From: Candidatus Poriferisodalis sp. | Lineage (GTDB): Bacteria; Actinomycetota; Acidimicrobiia; Acidimicrobiales; Poriferisodalaceae | DNA length: 64,000 bases | Direction of reading: 5' to 3' | Assembly (NCBI RefSeq): GCF_965262965.1 | Contig: NZ_OZ253573.1 | Coordinates: 954,817 to 1,018,816, forward strand | Shown here: positions 21,346 through 31,185 of the stretch, in pieces | Layout: every line of letters starts with the position of its first letter | Position numbering within the stretch: the stretch's first letter is position 1 | Notes under the pieces: generated by a model | Database searches by the model: none | Seen by the model: the letters and a program-made list of their open reading frames with translations, nothing else | What the model was told of the DNA's origin: nothing | Program-made: the position numbers and the translations under genes

Positions 21346-22473
21346 TCAGGCTTGACCGACGAGCAGGGTGAGCTGCCCGGCTTGCTGCTTGCCGGTCTGC
21401 AGGACTCGCCCTGTGGGCACCGTTTCGATGGTGACCCCGCCGTCATCGAACCCTGCACTGACGGCGTCGGCGACGAGGTCCATGTCGCGCATCGGGCCCC
21501 AGAAGGGCTCGTGGTTGTTGTAGGTGTCCCAGTCGATCATCGCCTGGGTGACTGGGTCGACGCCCTCGTATCCGGCGAAGTCGGCATGCACCATGAGCCC
21601 GCCCGCAGCGAGCAGGCGGCGGCATTCGGCCAGCGTTCTGCGCAGCGCCGCAGGCGACATCTCGTGCAGCACGATGTGCGACACGATGAGATTGAAATGA
21701 CCGTCGGGAAAGTCGGTGCACTCGGCGTTCTGCTGCGAGAAGTGCACCGCCCGACCCAGCGACTCCGCCCTCGCGTGCGCGTACCGCAGCACCGGTGCGC
21801 CCAAGTCGATGCCGTGGACTTCAGCGTCGGGATACGCGTCGACGTACGGCAGTGTGGAATTGCCGACCGTGCAGCCCATGTCGAGTATCCGGCGCGGCGC
21901 GAAGCCGGGATGCGCAGCCGCTAGGAGGTTCTGGCAGATCGAGTGGCCGTAGTCGTCGTTGAGTGCGCCCATCTGGCCCATCGCATAGACGTAGACGCCG
22001 CGGTCGTACACCGCACCCACCGACACGTCGCCAGCCATGTATTCGCCGCGGTAGCCCCCCGGCATTGCGTGGATGTCGACCTCGGCGTTGTACCAGGGGA
22101 TCTCGAGATCTGGGTCGAGACGCAGAGTCCCGAGCCCCGCATCGGCTGCCCGTGCCCGGGCTGCGAGGTCCTCGGCTTGGCGCGTCACGGCGTCGCCGAC
22201 CGAGCTCCACAACAGGTGCTGGCTCGATCGTCGAATCGAGCTCCACAGCCGGTAGTACGTGTCGGCGCTCAGTGCTTCGCGGACTTCGTGGCGGTCCGCC
22301 GGCTCGGCTCCGTGTTCCGAGACCCACCGGTTCCTAACCCGGTGGTCGTAGATCTCCCTCACGCCGGGGCTGACCCGGGTCGCAATGTGCGATTTCAACG
22401 CCTGAACGAAGCTCTCGCGTGCGAGCTCGTCGTGCGTCTCGGTGGGAAGAAGTTCGTGTCGTTGCTGGCTCAT
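21346..22473 (-). CDS. Class I SAM-dependent methyltransferase
   Basis: Start MSQQRHE at 22473 inside ORF 21346..22716. SAM motif ILDMGCTVGNST and GGLMVHADF. Confidence 0.8.
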   Translation of the reverse strand: MSQQRHELLPTETHDELARESFVQALKSHIATRVSPGVREIYDHRVRNRWVSEHGAEPADRHEVREALSADTYYRLWSSIRRSSQHLLWSSVGDAVTRQAEDLAARARAADAGLGTLRLDPDLEIPWYNAEVDIHAMPGGYRGEYMAGDVSVGAVYDRGVYVYAMGQMGALNDDYGHSICQNLLAAAHPGFAPRRILDMGCTVGNSTLPYVDAYPDAEVHGIDLGAPVLRYAHARAESLGRAVHFSQQNAECTDFPDGHFNLIVSHIVLHEMSPAALRRTLAECRRLLAAGGLMVHADFAGYEGVDPVTQAMIDWDTYNNHEPFWGPMRDMDLVADAVSAGFDDGGVTIETVPTGRVLQTGKQQAGQLTLLVGQA

Positions 22474-22501
22474 CGGTCTGTTCCCCCTGTTGTGCGGTCT
22501 G

Positions 22502-22891
22502 TCACAGCTCAGCGAGTGCGCGATCGACGACCTGGAGATACCGGTCTTGCGTCTCGCCGGCCAGCGCCTCTTCTCGCATCTCTTCGAAAACGCGGTACAC
22601 GCGACTGGCGAACGCCGTAGCTTCTGCAGCACGGGCGACGGCCGCATCGCCGTCGGGGCGGTGCGCCTCAATTGCCGCCGAGACGTCGATTCCCGCCGCG
22701 TCGAGCACCGCTTCAAGGCTGCTCTGCCGCTCCCGCAAGGCCCACACCTCGGCCGCCAAAGCCGTCACGATGGCCAAGACCGCATCGGTCGCGCCTTCGT
22801 CATCGAAGAACGTCGGCCTCGCGCCGCGTGCTTTGGTCGGAAAGGCTCGCCCCTCCACCGGCTGAGCTTGCGGTGCTGCCGGTTCGTCCAT
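22502..22891 (-). CDS. Hypothetical protein co-oriented with the methyltransferase
   Basis: Start MDEPAAPQAQ at 22891 inside ORF 22502..23119. It stops 29 nt before the methyltransferase start. No family recognised. Confidence 0.45.
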   Translation of the reverse strand: MDEPAAPQAQPVEGRAFPTKARGARPTFFDDEGATDAVLAIVTALAAEVWALRERQSSLEAVLDAAGIDVSAAIEAHRPDGDAAVARAAEATAFASRVYRVFEEMREEALAGETQDRYLQVVDRALAEL

Positions 22892-22927
22892 CACCCAAGC
22901 TTCCCAGAAACTCGTTGGCCAGGCGGA
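22844..22927. repeat. Copy A of a dispersed ~85-bp repeat (5' end plus leader of gene 22502..22891)
   Basis: Aligns by eye with 23937-24021 at roughly 85 percent identity (core ...CCCCTCCACCGG...GCTTCCCAGAAACTCGTT...). Confidence 0.7.
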
Positions 22928-23231
22928 CTGAGCTGCGCATCGGTTGAAGATCATCGCTTCTGCAGGCAGCGTGCCGCCCCGCGCTCCAAGCTCCAATAGG
23001 ACGGAAGGGCTCAGACCGCCGCGGCGGTGGCTGACCGGATACTCGAACCTGGTCGTCCGCTTGCGGCCCTTCGTGGCAGAGGCCGTGCCGACGGCCCCCT
23101 GTCCCAAGTGCCTCACCAACTGCAGCTGACCCAGAAATCCTTTTCCACATGGGCTGCTGGGATGCCCACACTCTGTTCAATCAGAGACGCCGCGACCCTG
23201 ACGGCATCAGGATCCTCACTGAGTCGCCACG

Positions 23232-23842
23232 TCATGTGGCGAAGCTCGCAGCCAACGGCGGTGTGGACGCGATCAGATCGCGCCAACGCTGCCGCGTCTC
23301 CATGTGAGGCTCATCACCGATCTGGCCGTCGAGCAACTGCGGGCGCAGTTCCCCGCGGTCATCCAGACCTCCGACAGCGACGGAGACCGCCGACCACGGA
23401 CCCTCGACGACTGCCGGGCCCGCCCGAAGCGCTTCGATCAACGCCACTTCGGTGGGCCACAGCTCGCGCAGCCGTCGTCCCAACGATCGTTGGCTGAAAC
23501 GGACCGATGTCCATCCCTTAGGCGCCCGAACCGGAACCGCAGTGACGAATGTGCCGGCACCTGCGTGGTCAGTCCGAGCCAATGAGCGGCAGCGATTCCC
23601 GCCGGGCCTGAACCCGGACCGCCCACCTCTAGGGCGACCTCCTCCACGGACGGACGCGACATCCCGAGCCGGGTCGAGACGCCCTTCCAGTACAAGCCCT
23701 TGCGAATCCACGCCACCCCTCCAGATGCGCACAGTCTCGACAGGGCCGTATCGGCCGCGCCACGTGACACGTCGAAATCGCTGGCACGCACAAACGAGTG
23801 CGTCGGCGAAGACTCAACCATTCCTTCGATCATGGAGGACAC
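23232..23842 (-). pseudogene. AbiEi/DUF6088-like antitoxin-type gene with a 1-nt frameshift
   Basis: ORF 23438..23842 (..FVRASDFDVSRGAADTALSRLCASGGVAWIRKGLY...HWLGLTTQVPA) continues in ORF 23232..23732 (GTFVTAVPVRAPKGW...EVALIEALR). The frames switch near 23551-23560. Confidence 0.55.
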
Positions 23843-23896
23843 CGAACCCCACCCACCGACGTCGCCTGAGACCGCCCAACCCGCAGCGTTCGACTG

Positions 23897-23947
23897 ATGT
23901 TCCTCCTCGACATCAACGTCGTCTCCGAGTTCAGAAGGCTCCGCCCC
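23897..23947 (+). pseudogene. N-terminal 17 codons of a FitB/VapC-type PIN toxin
   Basis: MFLLDINVVSEFRRLRP is a canonical PIN toxin N-terminus. The ATG overlaps an upstream stop (TGATG). Homology then stops at repeat copy B. Confidence 0.5.
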
Positions 23948-24021
23948 TCCACCGGTTGGGCTTGCGGCGCTGCCGGTCCGTCCATCACCTCAGCTTCCCA
24001 GAAACTCGTTCGCCTGGCCGA
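23937..24021. repeat. Copy B of the dispersed ~85-bp repeat
   Basis: See copy A. On the minus strand it encodes VMDGPAAPQAQPVEGR, against VMDEPAAPQAQPVEGR in copy A. Confidence 0.7.
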
Positions 24022-24075
24022 CTCTCCTGGGCTTACTCTGCCTCGTCGTTGCCGGTCCTCAGACGTGCTGGCGTT

Positions 24076-24106
24076 GTACACCTCTATACACCACTAGGTG
24101 TAAAAT
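24076..24106 (+). promoter_or_regulatory. vapBC promoter/operator: GTACACC half-site, inverted repeat TACACC-ACTA-GGTGTA, -10 TAAAAT
   Basis: Read directly. TAAAAT (24101-24106) lies 6 nt before the GTG at 24113, suggesting a leaderless transcript. Confidence 0.55.
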
Positions 24107-24112
24107 CCTCGT

Positions 24113-24355
24113 GTGGGCCGGACCAACATTGACATCGACGACGAGCTGATCGGACGAGCAATGAGCATGTACGGGCTAAGAACCAAGCGCGAAGCAGTGC
24201 ATCTTGCGCTCACGGAACTCGTCGGAGGCGAGCCGATGAGCATCGAAGAACAACTCGCCATGGAAGGCGTCGGATGGGAAGGCGACCTCGACGCAATGCG
24301 CGCCAAGCGATTCGAAGACTGGGGGTATGACGAGGACTTCGATGCTGCTGGCTGA
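24113..24355 (+). CDS. vapB: VapB-family antitoxin
   Basis: 80 aa. [33 protein letters not shown] is the typical N-terminus of this antitoxin class. Confidence 0.8.
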   Translation: MGRTNIDIDDELIGRAMSMYGLRTKREAVHLALTELVGGEPMSIEEQLAMEGVGWEGDLDAMRAKRFEDWGYDEDFDAAG

Positions 24356-24734
24356 CAGCTCCACCTGGGTCGAGTTCCTCAGGGGCACCGGTTCACCGGC
24401 AGCGATTCGCATGCGCGCAGCGATTTCCGACGACGAGGTGACAGTAATCGACCCGATACTGCTCGAGGTGATGGCTGGCACTCGATCAGCGATAGTCGAT
24501 CGCACGCTGCGATTGATTGAAGCCCAGCACTTCGAGGCTTTGGAGCCCCGGCGCGACTGGCTCTCCGCGGCATCGATCTACCGGGAGCTGCGGCGGCGAG
24601 GCATCACCATTCGCTCTCAGTTGGACGCCGTGATCGCCGTAGTGGCCATCCGGCTCGACATTCCTGTCCTCCACCGCGACCGCGACTTCGACCTCATCGC
24701 GCAGCACACCCCCCTGCGTGTCGCAGTCATCTGA
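24342..24734 (+). CDS. vapC: VapC toxin (PIN domain)
   Basis: ATG at 24342 overlaps the vapB 3' end by 14 nt. [13 protein letters not shown]...DAVIAVVAI...VLHRDRDFD. Confidence 0.85.
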   Translation: MLLADSSTWVEFLRGTGSPAAIRMRAAISDDEVTVIDPILLEVMAGTRSAIVDRTLRLIEAQHFEALEPRRDWLSAASIYRELRRRGITIRSQLDAVIAVVAIRLDIPVLHRDRDFDLIAQHTPLRVAVI

Positions 24735-24736
24735 TC

Positions 24737-24907
24737 ACGGCCGAGATCGCCCGTCGCGCAACGGCGCTGCACGTTCTCGACCCTGCACCCTTCCGAGACA
24801 CGCTCATCGCCGCCACTGCCCTGCACCACGACATGACCGTCATCACCAGAAACGTCAACGGCTTCGAGCGATTTCATCAACTCCAAGTCAGCAATCCCTG
24901 GAATTGA
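24737..24907 (+). pseudogene. C-terminal ~57 codons of a FitB/VapC-type PIN toxin (probable other half of the fragment at 23897)
   Basis: Reads TAEIARRATALHVLDPAPFRDTLIAATALHHDMTVITRNVNGFERFHQLQVSNPWN*, with no start codon and no N-terminal half. Confidence 0.6.
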
Positions 24908-25012
24908 ATCCGAGAGTGGTCACCGGCGTTCTTGTTGGCGAAATCACACTCGCGCCGGAGGCCGCCTTCGAGATCCGCTGACAGCTGCTCGAGGCCGCGA
25001 GGGGGTGATGCG

Positions 25013-25864
25013 ATGTCTTCGTCGCCCGGTGGCGGCCACACGATGTGGAACTACACGCCGGAGCTGCCGCTGCGGTCGGCGCCGTTCCTGCACTGGCCCC
25101 CCCGACCGGGTGCCATCGCAACGCACCTGGTGCGTACCTGGCTCCCGCTGCGGTCCCGCTTCTTCATGCTGGCTGTGTCGTTCGGGATCTGGGCATGGTT
25201 CATGCCGTCGCTCGAGCGCACCAAGCACTTCGAACTCGGCTGGATCTTCGAGGCGTGGCTTCGCAACCTGATTCTCGTGACGGTCGTTGCAGGCGGGCTT
25301 CACGTCTGGCTCTAGGTCATGGGTCGCCAGGGAGACTCCCTGCGCTATGACGCCCGGCCGTTCGGCCGGAACAAGCGGGTGTTCCTGTTCGGAAATCAGG
25401 TGCGGGAGAACATCTTCCTCACGCTCGTACCCGCCGTCGTGGTCTGGACCGGGTTCGAATCATTGCTGTTGTGGGCCTACGCCAACGGGTACGCACCATC
25501 GATCACGATTGGCGACAACCCCGCCTTGTTCGTGGTGTTCCTGGCGATCATCCCGTGGTGGTCCGTCCTGTACTTCTCGGCTCACCATCGGTTGCTGCAC
25601 ACCGGCTTCGACGCCCTGTTGCTGGGGCCGCAGAAGCGCCGGCAGGCCCGCTTCGAGCTGGGCGATTTCCACCATCAGCTCCACCACCGGTTCATCGAGT
25701 GCAACTACGGCGGACTCGAGTCGCCGCTGGACGAGATGATCGGCTCGTTCCACGACGGGACTCCGCAAGGCGACGCAGCGCTCGCGCACCGCCGTCACGA
25801 GCGGTTGAGCACCCGCACGGCCCGCAAGGACACCGGAGGGGATCACCGTGCCGGAGCCGGCTGA
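25013..25864 (+). pseudogene. Fatty-acid-hydroxylase/sterol-desaturase-family gene with an in-frame TAG and an apparent in-frame internal deletion
   Basis: ORFs 24932..25315 and 25319..25864 share a frame: ...GGLHVWL*VMGRQGDSLRYD.... After YFSAHHRLLH the sequence jumps straight to TGFDA...FHHQLHHRF...NYG...DEMIGSFHDG, so the middle His box is missing. Confidence 0.6.
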
Positions 25865-25879
25865 GCGGGGGGCTCACAG

Positions 25880-26626
25880 ATGCTCTTGATCCTGTGGGCC
25901 ACACCCCGCTCGATCTCGACGGCGTTCGAGTGGATGATGCGCCAGCGAGGCGACTTCGAGTGCTTCCACGAGCCCTGGAACGAGCTCTACTACTACGGCG
26001 AGGACCGCCGGTCCCAGCGCGACGGCCACGTCCCCGCACGACCGGGCCACCACTATGCATCGTTCTGGGACGAGATCTCAGTGCTCGCCCAGGCACAGAA
26101 CATGTTCGTGAAGGACTTCGCCTATTCGGTCGAGCACCACCTCGACGACGCCAAGCTCTCGGCGATGACCCACACGTTCCTGATCCGGGACCCGAAGCGA
26201 GTGGTCCAGGGGCTGGGCCATCACTGGCCCGACTGCACGTGGGACGAGGTCGGGTTCGGGCCGCTGCACCGCCTGTTCGCACAGATCGCCGACCGCGACG
26301 GCACTCCCCCGCCCGTCATCGACGCTTCCGACCTCATCGGCGACCCCGAAGGAACGATCCGGGCCTATTGCGACGCGGTCGGCATCCGGTTCGTCGCCGA
26401 GGCGCTCGAGTGGTCCCAGGGCGAACGCACCGAAGTGAGCTGGTACGGCGAGGGTTCCGGCCCTTGGCACGATGCGCTGCGCCAGAGCTCCGGCTTTCAC
26501 AAACCCCCCACGGAATATCCGCCCTTGGAGGACACTCCTCGCCTCCAGGGGCTCTACGAGCGAAGCCTGCCCCTCTACGCAGACATGCTCGCCCACAAAC
26601 TCGGTCCCGCCGCGCTGCTGGGTTGA
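25880..26626 (+). CDS. Sulfotransferase-family protein
   Basis: 248 aa. 5'-PSB-like loop ILWATPRSISTAF and 3'-PB-like FLIRDPKRVV. Sits next to PAPS synthesis genes. Confidence 0.65.
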   Translation: MLLILWATPRSISTAFEWMMRQRGDFECFHEPWNELYYYGEDRRSQRDGHVPARPGHHYASFWDEISVLAQAQNMFVKDFAYSVEHHLDDAKLSAMTHTFLIRDPKRVVQGLGHHWPDCTWDEVGFGPLHRLFAQIADRDGTPPPVIDASDLIGDPEGTIRAYCDAVGIRFVAEALEWSQGERTEVSWYGEGSGPWHDALRQSSGFHKPPTEYPPLEDTPRLQGLYERSLPLYADMLAHKLGPAALLG

Positions 26627-26737
26627 CTTGCCCGGTCTTGTGGTCCTGCCGGTGAGGAGGCAACCGTGTTGACGATGGAACGGCAGCGAGCTGGGCAGGA
26701 GTTGCTGTCGGGCCGCTCGCGTCTGTAAAGGTGCGCC

Positions 26738-27916
26738 ATGCGACGGTTCGCCATCGGTCTCCTTGCGGCGTTTCGAAGGGTCTCGCTGTTCGTCTTGAGA
26801 GTGCGCGGCAAGACGCACGACGATGTGGCCGCCCAGCGCGTCGTCAGCGGCCAATCCTGGAACGAATTCTGCGACTCGTTGAAAGCGGCGGGTGCTGCGC
26901 TGAATTTCCCCGGCACGCCGCAGGACTCGTTCAGCCAAGCCGAGGGGTATCGCTACCTCAGCCGTCTCGCTCGTGCCGGCCTGAATGCGTTCGTTGAGCA
27001 CGCCGACCCCAACGCACCTGTGCTGCATCGCGTCGTCGACGAGACCACCAAGCTGGGGGCGGACAATCCCGACAACTTCTATCTGACGGCTGCGTTGGAC
27101 GGGAGCTACGAGTACAAGATCACCGGTCGGCGCAACGACATCGTCTATCTGAGCTTCGGAACACAATCCGGCAACTACGGCCAGGGCGGCGGCCTGCCCC
27201 CCACGGGGTACATCGAATCCGACGAGATCAAGATGGACCCCGACGGGGGCTTCGAGCTGGTGCTCAGCAGCACTCCCCAGGTCAGCAACTGGCTCCCGAT
27301 GACGCCCGAGACCGGCACGCTGGTGGTCCGCCAGACGTTCGGGGACCGCACCACGGAGACCCCTGCAGAGCTGAGCATTGAGCGCATCAACTGTCCTCCC
27401 GACGAGCGGCGCCCTTCCCACCTGACGGCACGGGCGCTCGATGAGGGGTTGAAGAAGGCAGGGGCGCTGGTGATGGGCGCACCATTGCTGTTCGCCAAGT
27501 GGGCGCGCGACTTCTCCAAGCACAGCAACGAGCTGCCGATGTTCGATCCGGACGTGTCGCTGGCCGCCGACGGGGACCCGAACATCACCTACTACCACAG
27601 CCACTGGGCACTGGCGCCCGACGAGGCTCTGCTCATCGAGGCCACGCCTCCCGAATGCGAGCACTGGAACTTCCAGCTGAACAACTACTGGATGGAATCG
27701 CTGGACTATCGCCACTTCACGATCCACACCAACAAGCATCACGCCCACTACGAAGCCGACGGTTCTGTGCGCTTGATCGTGGCGCACGAAGATCCCGGCC
27801 TGCCGAACTGGCTCGACACCGCAGGCCACACGTCGGGCACGATGTGCTTTCGGTGGGTGCGCGCCGCCGAGCACCCCCAACCGGGGTGCCGAGTGGTCAA
27901 GCTGAGCAGCTTGTGA
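26738..27916 (+). CDS. Conserved hypothetical protein, DUF1214-like
   Basis: 392 aa. AEGYRYLSRL...HWNFQLNNYWMESLDY...DPGLPNWLDTAGHTSGTMCFRW. An alternative GTG start lies at 26801. Confidence 0.5.
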   Translation: MRRFAIGLLAAFRRVSLFVLRVRGKTHDDVAAQRVVSGQSWNEFCDSLKAAGAALNFPGTPQDSFSQAEGYRYLSRLARAGLNAFVEHADPNAPVLHRVVDETTKLGADNPDNFYLTAALDGSYEYKITGRRNDIVYLSFGTQSGNYGQGGGLPPTGYIESDEIKMDPDGGFELVLSSTPQVSNWLPMTPETGTLVVRQTFGDRTTETPAELSIERINCPPDERRPSHLTARALDEGLKKAGALVMGAPLLFAKWARDFSKHSNELPMFDPDVSLAADGDPNITYYHSHWALAPDEALLIEATPPECEHWNFQLNNYWMESLDYRHFTIHTNKHHAHYEADGSVRLIVAHEDPGLPNWLDTAGHTSGTMCFRWVRAAEHPQPGCRVVKLSSL

Positions 27917-27958
27917 AGCTAGCCCAGTGACAGAACGCTCCTGCAGCCGGAAGGTGTC

Positions 27959-30265
27959 GTGACTTCCACGGACTATGAGAACCCCTATCGCCCTGTACCC
28001 ATCAGGATCTTCAACCGGCTCGGCCGGGCAGGTCTGCATATCGGGCTCTCGGACCGCCTGGACGTCGGTGCATTGCGTGAGGCTGCGCAACGCAAGACCG
28101 GCCTGACGGACTTCGGCGACGACGGGCATTTGCGTGCTCTCAACGTGCTCGTCGCCTCGATCAACAGCGAAGCCCGCCTGACCCCGACCGGCCGGCAGAT
28201 ACAGCAGTCGCGGCTCGTCGCCGCGCTGGTTCACCGGCTGCGTATCGAGGATCTGCTCAAGCGGCACCCCGAGATCGACGACATCGGCCTCGGCACAATC
28301 ATCCTCGTCACGGGCTTGCAGCGCACCGGCACCACGTTGCTGCAGCGCCTCCTGAACTCCCATCCGGAGGTGCGGGGCATCTCGGGCGCGGAAGCGCTGG
28401 TGCCGGTGTCGACAGCCGACGGGACCGAACGCGCGCAGCGAACTCGCCAATGGCGTGCCGTGCTTGCCCAGAAGACGATCTCCTACCTGGCACCTGAGTT
28501 CATGGCGATCCATCCGATCGGCCACGACCAGGCCGAAGAAGACGTCCTGCTGCTCGATCTGAACTTCATGAGCCAGTCAGCCGAAGCCATCATGCATGTG
28601 CCGAGTTATTCCCGCTGGCTGGAAGAACAGGACCACACGCAGACCTACCATTACTTCCGCCGAGTCCTGAAAGTGCTGTCGTGGCAGCGCCCCGGGCGCG
28701 CCTGGGTGCTCAAGACTCCGCACCACATGGAGTACCTCGACGTGTTCGGGAAGGTGTTCGATGGCGCGACCATCGTGCAGACCCACCGCGACCCCCGAGT
28801 GACGCTCGCATCGTTTTGCAGCATGGTTGCCCACGGCCGCGGCATCTTCAGCGACTTGGTCGATCCGGCCGAAATCGGGCAGCACTGGTGCTACAAGACG
28901 CACAGGATGGTTGACGTGGCCATGCAGACCCGGGCCGAGTCGCCGGCCGGTCGATTTGTCGATGTTTCCTATTACGACCTGACGAACGACCCGATCGCCG
29001 AGGTGAGGCGGATCTGCGGTCTGGCGGGGATCGGCTTCGATGCCGAAGCTGAGCGAGAAGCCGGGCAGTACATGGCGGCAAACCCGCAGAACCAATTCGG
29101 CAAGCATGAATACAAGCTCAGCGATTTCGGACTGAGCGAGCAGATCGTCGACGAAGCCTTTTCCTCCTACCGGGAGGCCTATGCAATCCCGTTCGAAGAG
29201 GCCCCGAGCCAGCCATCGAGCGCTCATGATCAACCCACCGGCGAGGCACCTTCTGGCATGACACGAGAGAAGCAAACGTTCCCTGGCAGCGCCATCGTCA
29301 ACGCCATGAGCGCGGCCCTCCGGGACCTCCGAGATTCGAAGAACCCCGACCTCAGCCCTGTCCCAGATGACGTGCGGATCGACGGCAAGACGTGCCTCGT
29401 GACCGGCGCCAACAGCGGAGTGGGTCGAGCTGCGGCGGTTGATCTCGCACGGCGCGGCGGGAACATGATCCTGGCCTGCCGCCCCGGTCATGTCGGCATC
29501 TGCGACGAGATCAAGCGACAGTCCGGGTCCGAGACCGTGGAATTGATCGAGGTGGACCTCGCCGATCTCCGTTCCGTGCATCGCTGCTGCGACCAGCTGC
29601 ACGAGCGCGGCATCCGCATCGACATTGCGCTCATGAATGCCGGCCTCTTGTCGCGCAGATCGAGGCAGACCCCGCAGGGATACGAAGTCATGTTCGCGGT
29701 CAATTTCCTAGCCAAACGGGTGATGATCGACCGATGGCTGACCGACGGCGTCATTCGCCCGTCGAGCCACCCCAGCGAGACTCCGCGGATCGTGTTCGTC
29801 GCATCGGAATCTCACCGGTCCTGCGACCCCATCGATTTCGATCGCTTCGGTGCCTACACCGAACACGCGATGACCGAGAGCATGCAGAGATACGGCCAAA
29901 GCAAGCTGACTCTCTGCACGTTCACAACCGAGCTGTCCCGACGCCTGAATCAGGGCGAGAGCATCGATGTCGCAGTGCACGCGTTGTGCCCGGGAGGCGT
30001 GGCCACCAATATCGCCAGGGAATCGCCGACACTGCTGAAGCCGATCATCAGCCCGGTGCTGCGATTGTTCTTTCAGTCTCCCGAAAAGGCCATCGGACCG
30101 GTCGTGTACCTGTGCTGCGCCGAAGAAGCGGGCAGCTCCACTGGGATGTACCTGCACATGATGCATCGCAAGCAGGTGTCGCCCCCGGCGTCGGACCCGG
30201 AAAATGGGACCAAGCTGTGGGAGGCCAGCGAGGCATTGGTGGCGGAATCGAGCGAATTCAGATGA
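27959..30265 (+). CDS. Fusion protein: N-terminal sulfotransferase domain plus C-terminal SDR domain
   Basis: 768 aa. Sulfotransferase motifs [16 protein letters not shown] and [14 protein letters not shown]; SDR motifs [13 protein letters not shown]...YGQSK. The stop overlaps the cysD ATG (ATGA). Confidence 0.75.
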   Translation: MTSTDYENPYRPVPIRIFNRLGRAGLHIGLSDRLDVGALREAAQRKTGLTDFGDDGHLRALNVLVASINSEARLTPTGRQIQQSRLVAALVHRLRIEDLLKRHPEIDDIGLGTIILVTGLQRTGTTLLQRLLNSHPEVRGISGAEALVPVSTADGTERAQRTRQWRAVLAQKTISYLAPEFMAIHPIGHDQAEEDVLLLDLNFMSQSAEAIMHVPSYSRWLEEQDHTQTYHYFRRVLKVLSWQRPGRAWVLKTPHHMEYLDVFGKVFDGATIVQTHRDPRVTLASFCSMVAHGRGIFSDLVDPAEIGQHWCYKTHRMVDVAMQTRAESPAGRFVDVSYYDLTNDPIAEVRRICGLAGIGFDAEAEREAGQYMAANPQNQFGKHEYKLSDFGLSEQIVDEAFSSYREAYAIPFEEAPSQPSSAHDQPTGEAPSGMTREKQTFPGSAIVNAMSAALRDLRDSKNPDLSPVPDDVRIDGKTCLVTGANSGVGRAAAVDLARRGGNMILACRPGHVGICDEIKRQSGSETVELIEVDLADLRSVHRCCDQLHERGIRIDIALMNAGLLSRRSRQTPQGYEVMFAVNFLAKRVMIDRWLTDGVIRPSSHPSETPRIVFVASESHRSCDPIDFDRFGAYTEHAMTESMQRYGQSKLTLCTFTTELSRRLNQGESIDVAVHALCPGGVATNIARESPTLLKPIISPVLRLFFQSPEKAIGPVVYLCCAEEAGSSTGMYLHMMHRKQVSPPASDPENGTKLWEASEALVAESSEFR

Positions 30266-31185
30266 GCGCCTCAGTGCCGGTCGAGCTGCGGCTGACCCAT
30301 CTCCAGCAGCTGGAGTCCGAGGCGATCCACATCATGCGCGAGGTGGTCGCCCAGTGTGAGCGGCCGATGATGCTGTATGCGATCGGCGAGGACTCATCCG
30401 TCCTGCTGCACCTCGCCCGCAAGGCCTTCTACCCAGGGAGGATCCCGTTCCCGCTCTTGCACGTCGACACGACGTGGAAGTTCTCCGAGATGATCTCGTT
30501 TCGGGAGCGGATGGCTGACGAGATCGGCTTCGAGCTGATCGTCCACACCAACGCCGAGGGTGTGGCCCAAGGGATCAACCCGTTCGACCACGGTTCGAAG
30601 AACTACACCGACATCATGAAGACCCAGGCGCTCCGCCAGGCGCTGGACGCGGGCGGGTTTGACGCGGCGTTCGGGGGTGCTCGGCGTGACGAGGAGAAGT
30701 CACGGGCGAAGGAGCGGGTGTTCAGCTTCCGCGATTCGCATCATCGCTGGGATCCGAAGAATCAACGTCCCGAGCTATGGCACCTCTATAACGGGCGGGT
30801 CAAGGCGGGCGAATCGATCCGGGTGTTCCCGCTGAGCAACTGGACCGAACTCGACGTGTGGCAGTACATCGGTCTCGAGGACATCCCCATTGTTCCCCTC
30901 TATTTCTCGGCGATGCGGCCGGTGGTGGAGCGTGACGGCGTGCTGATCATGGTGGATGACGACCGGTTCGTCTTCGACCAAGGCGAGGTGGCGGAGCTGC
31001 GCTCGGTGCGGTTCCGCACACTTGGCTGCTACCCGCTGTCGGGTGCGATCGAATCGACGGCAACGACGCTGCCCGAGATCATTCAGGAGATGCTGCTCGC
31101 CACCCGCTCTGAGCGCGAAGGCCGGGTGATCGACTACGACCAGTCAGGCTCCATGGAAGAGAAAAAGCGCGAGGGGTACTTCTGA
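30262..31185 (+). CDS. cysD: Sulfate adenylyltransferase subunit 2
   Basis: 307 aa, nearly colinear with remembered E. coli CysD (..[56 protein letters not shown]). Confidence 0.95.
   Translation: MSASVPVELRLTHLQQLESEAIHIMREVVAQCERPMMLYAIGEDSSVLLHLARKAFYPGRIPFPLLHVDTTWKFSEMISFRERMADEIGFELIVHTNAEGVAQGINPFDHGSKNYTDIMKTQALRQALDAGGFDAAFGGARRDEEKSRAKERVFSFRDSHHRWDPKNQRPELWHLYNGRVKAGESIRVFPLSNWTELDVWQYIGLEDIPIVPLYFSAMRPVVERDGVLIMVDDDRFVFDQGEVAELRSVRFRTLGCYPLSGAIESTATTLPEIIQEMLLATRSEREGRVIDYDQSGSMEEKKREGYF

Noticed and set aside
22892-23231. Possible AbiEii-type toxin or other gene between the AbiEi-like gene and gene 22502..22891
   Set aside because: The frames give only unrecognisable Arg/Gly-rich translations (for example ..RTTRFEYPVSHRRGGLSPSVLLELG..). 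There is no nucleotidyltransferase motif and no convincing start.
25313-25315. In-frame TAG in the fatty-acid-hydroxylase gene as pyrrolysine or read-through
   Set aside because: No pyl genes or PYLIS-like context are visible, the position is expected to be Tyr (one-base change), and the gene carries a large internal deletion.
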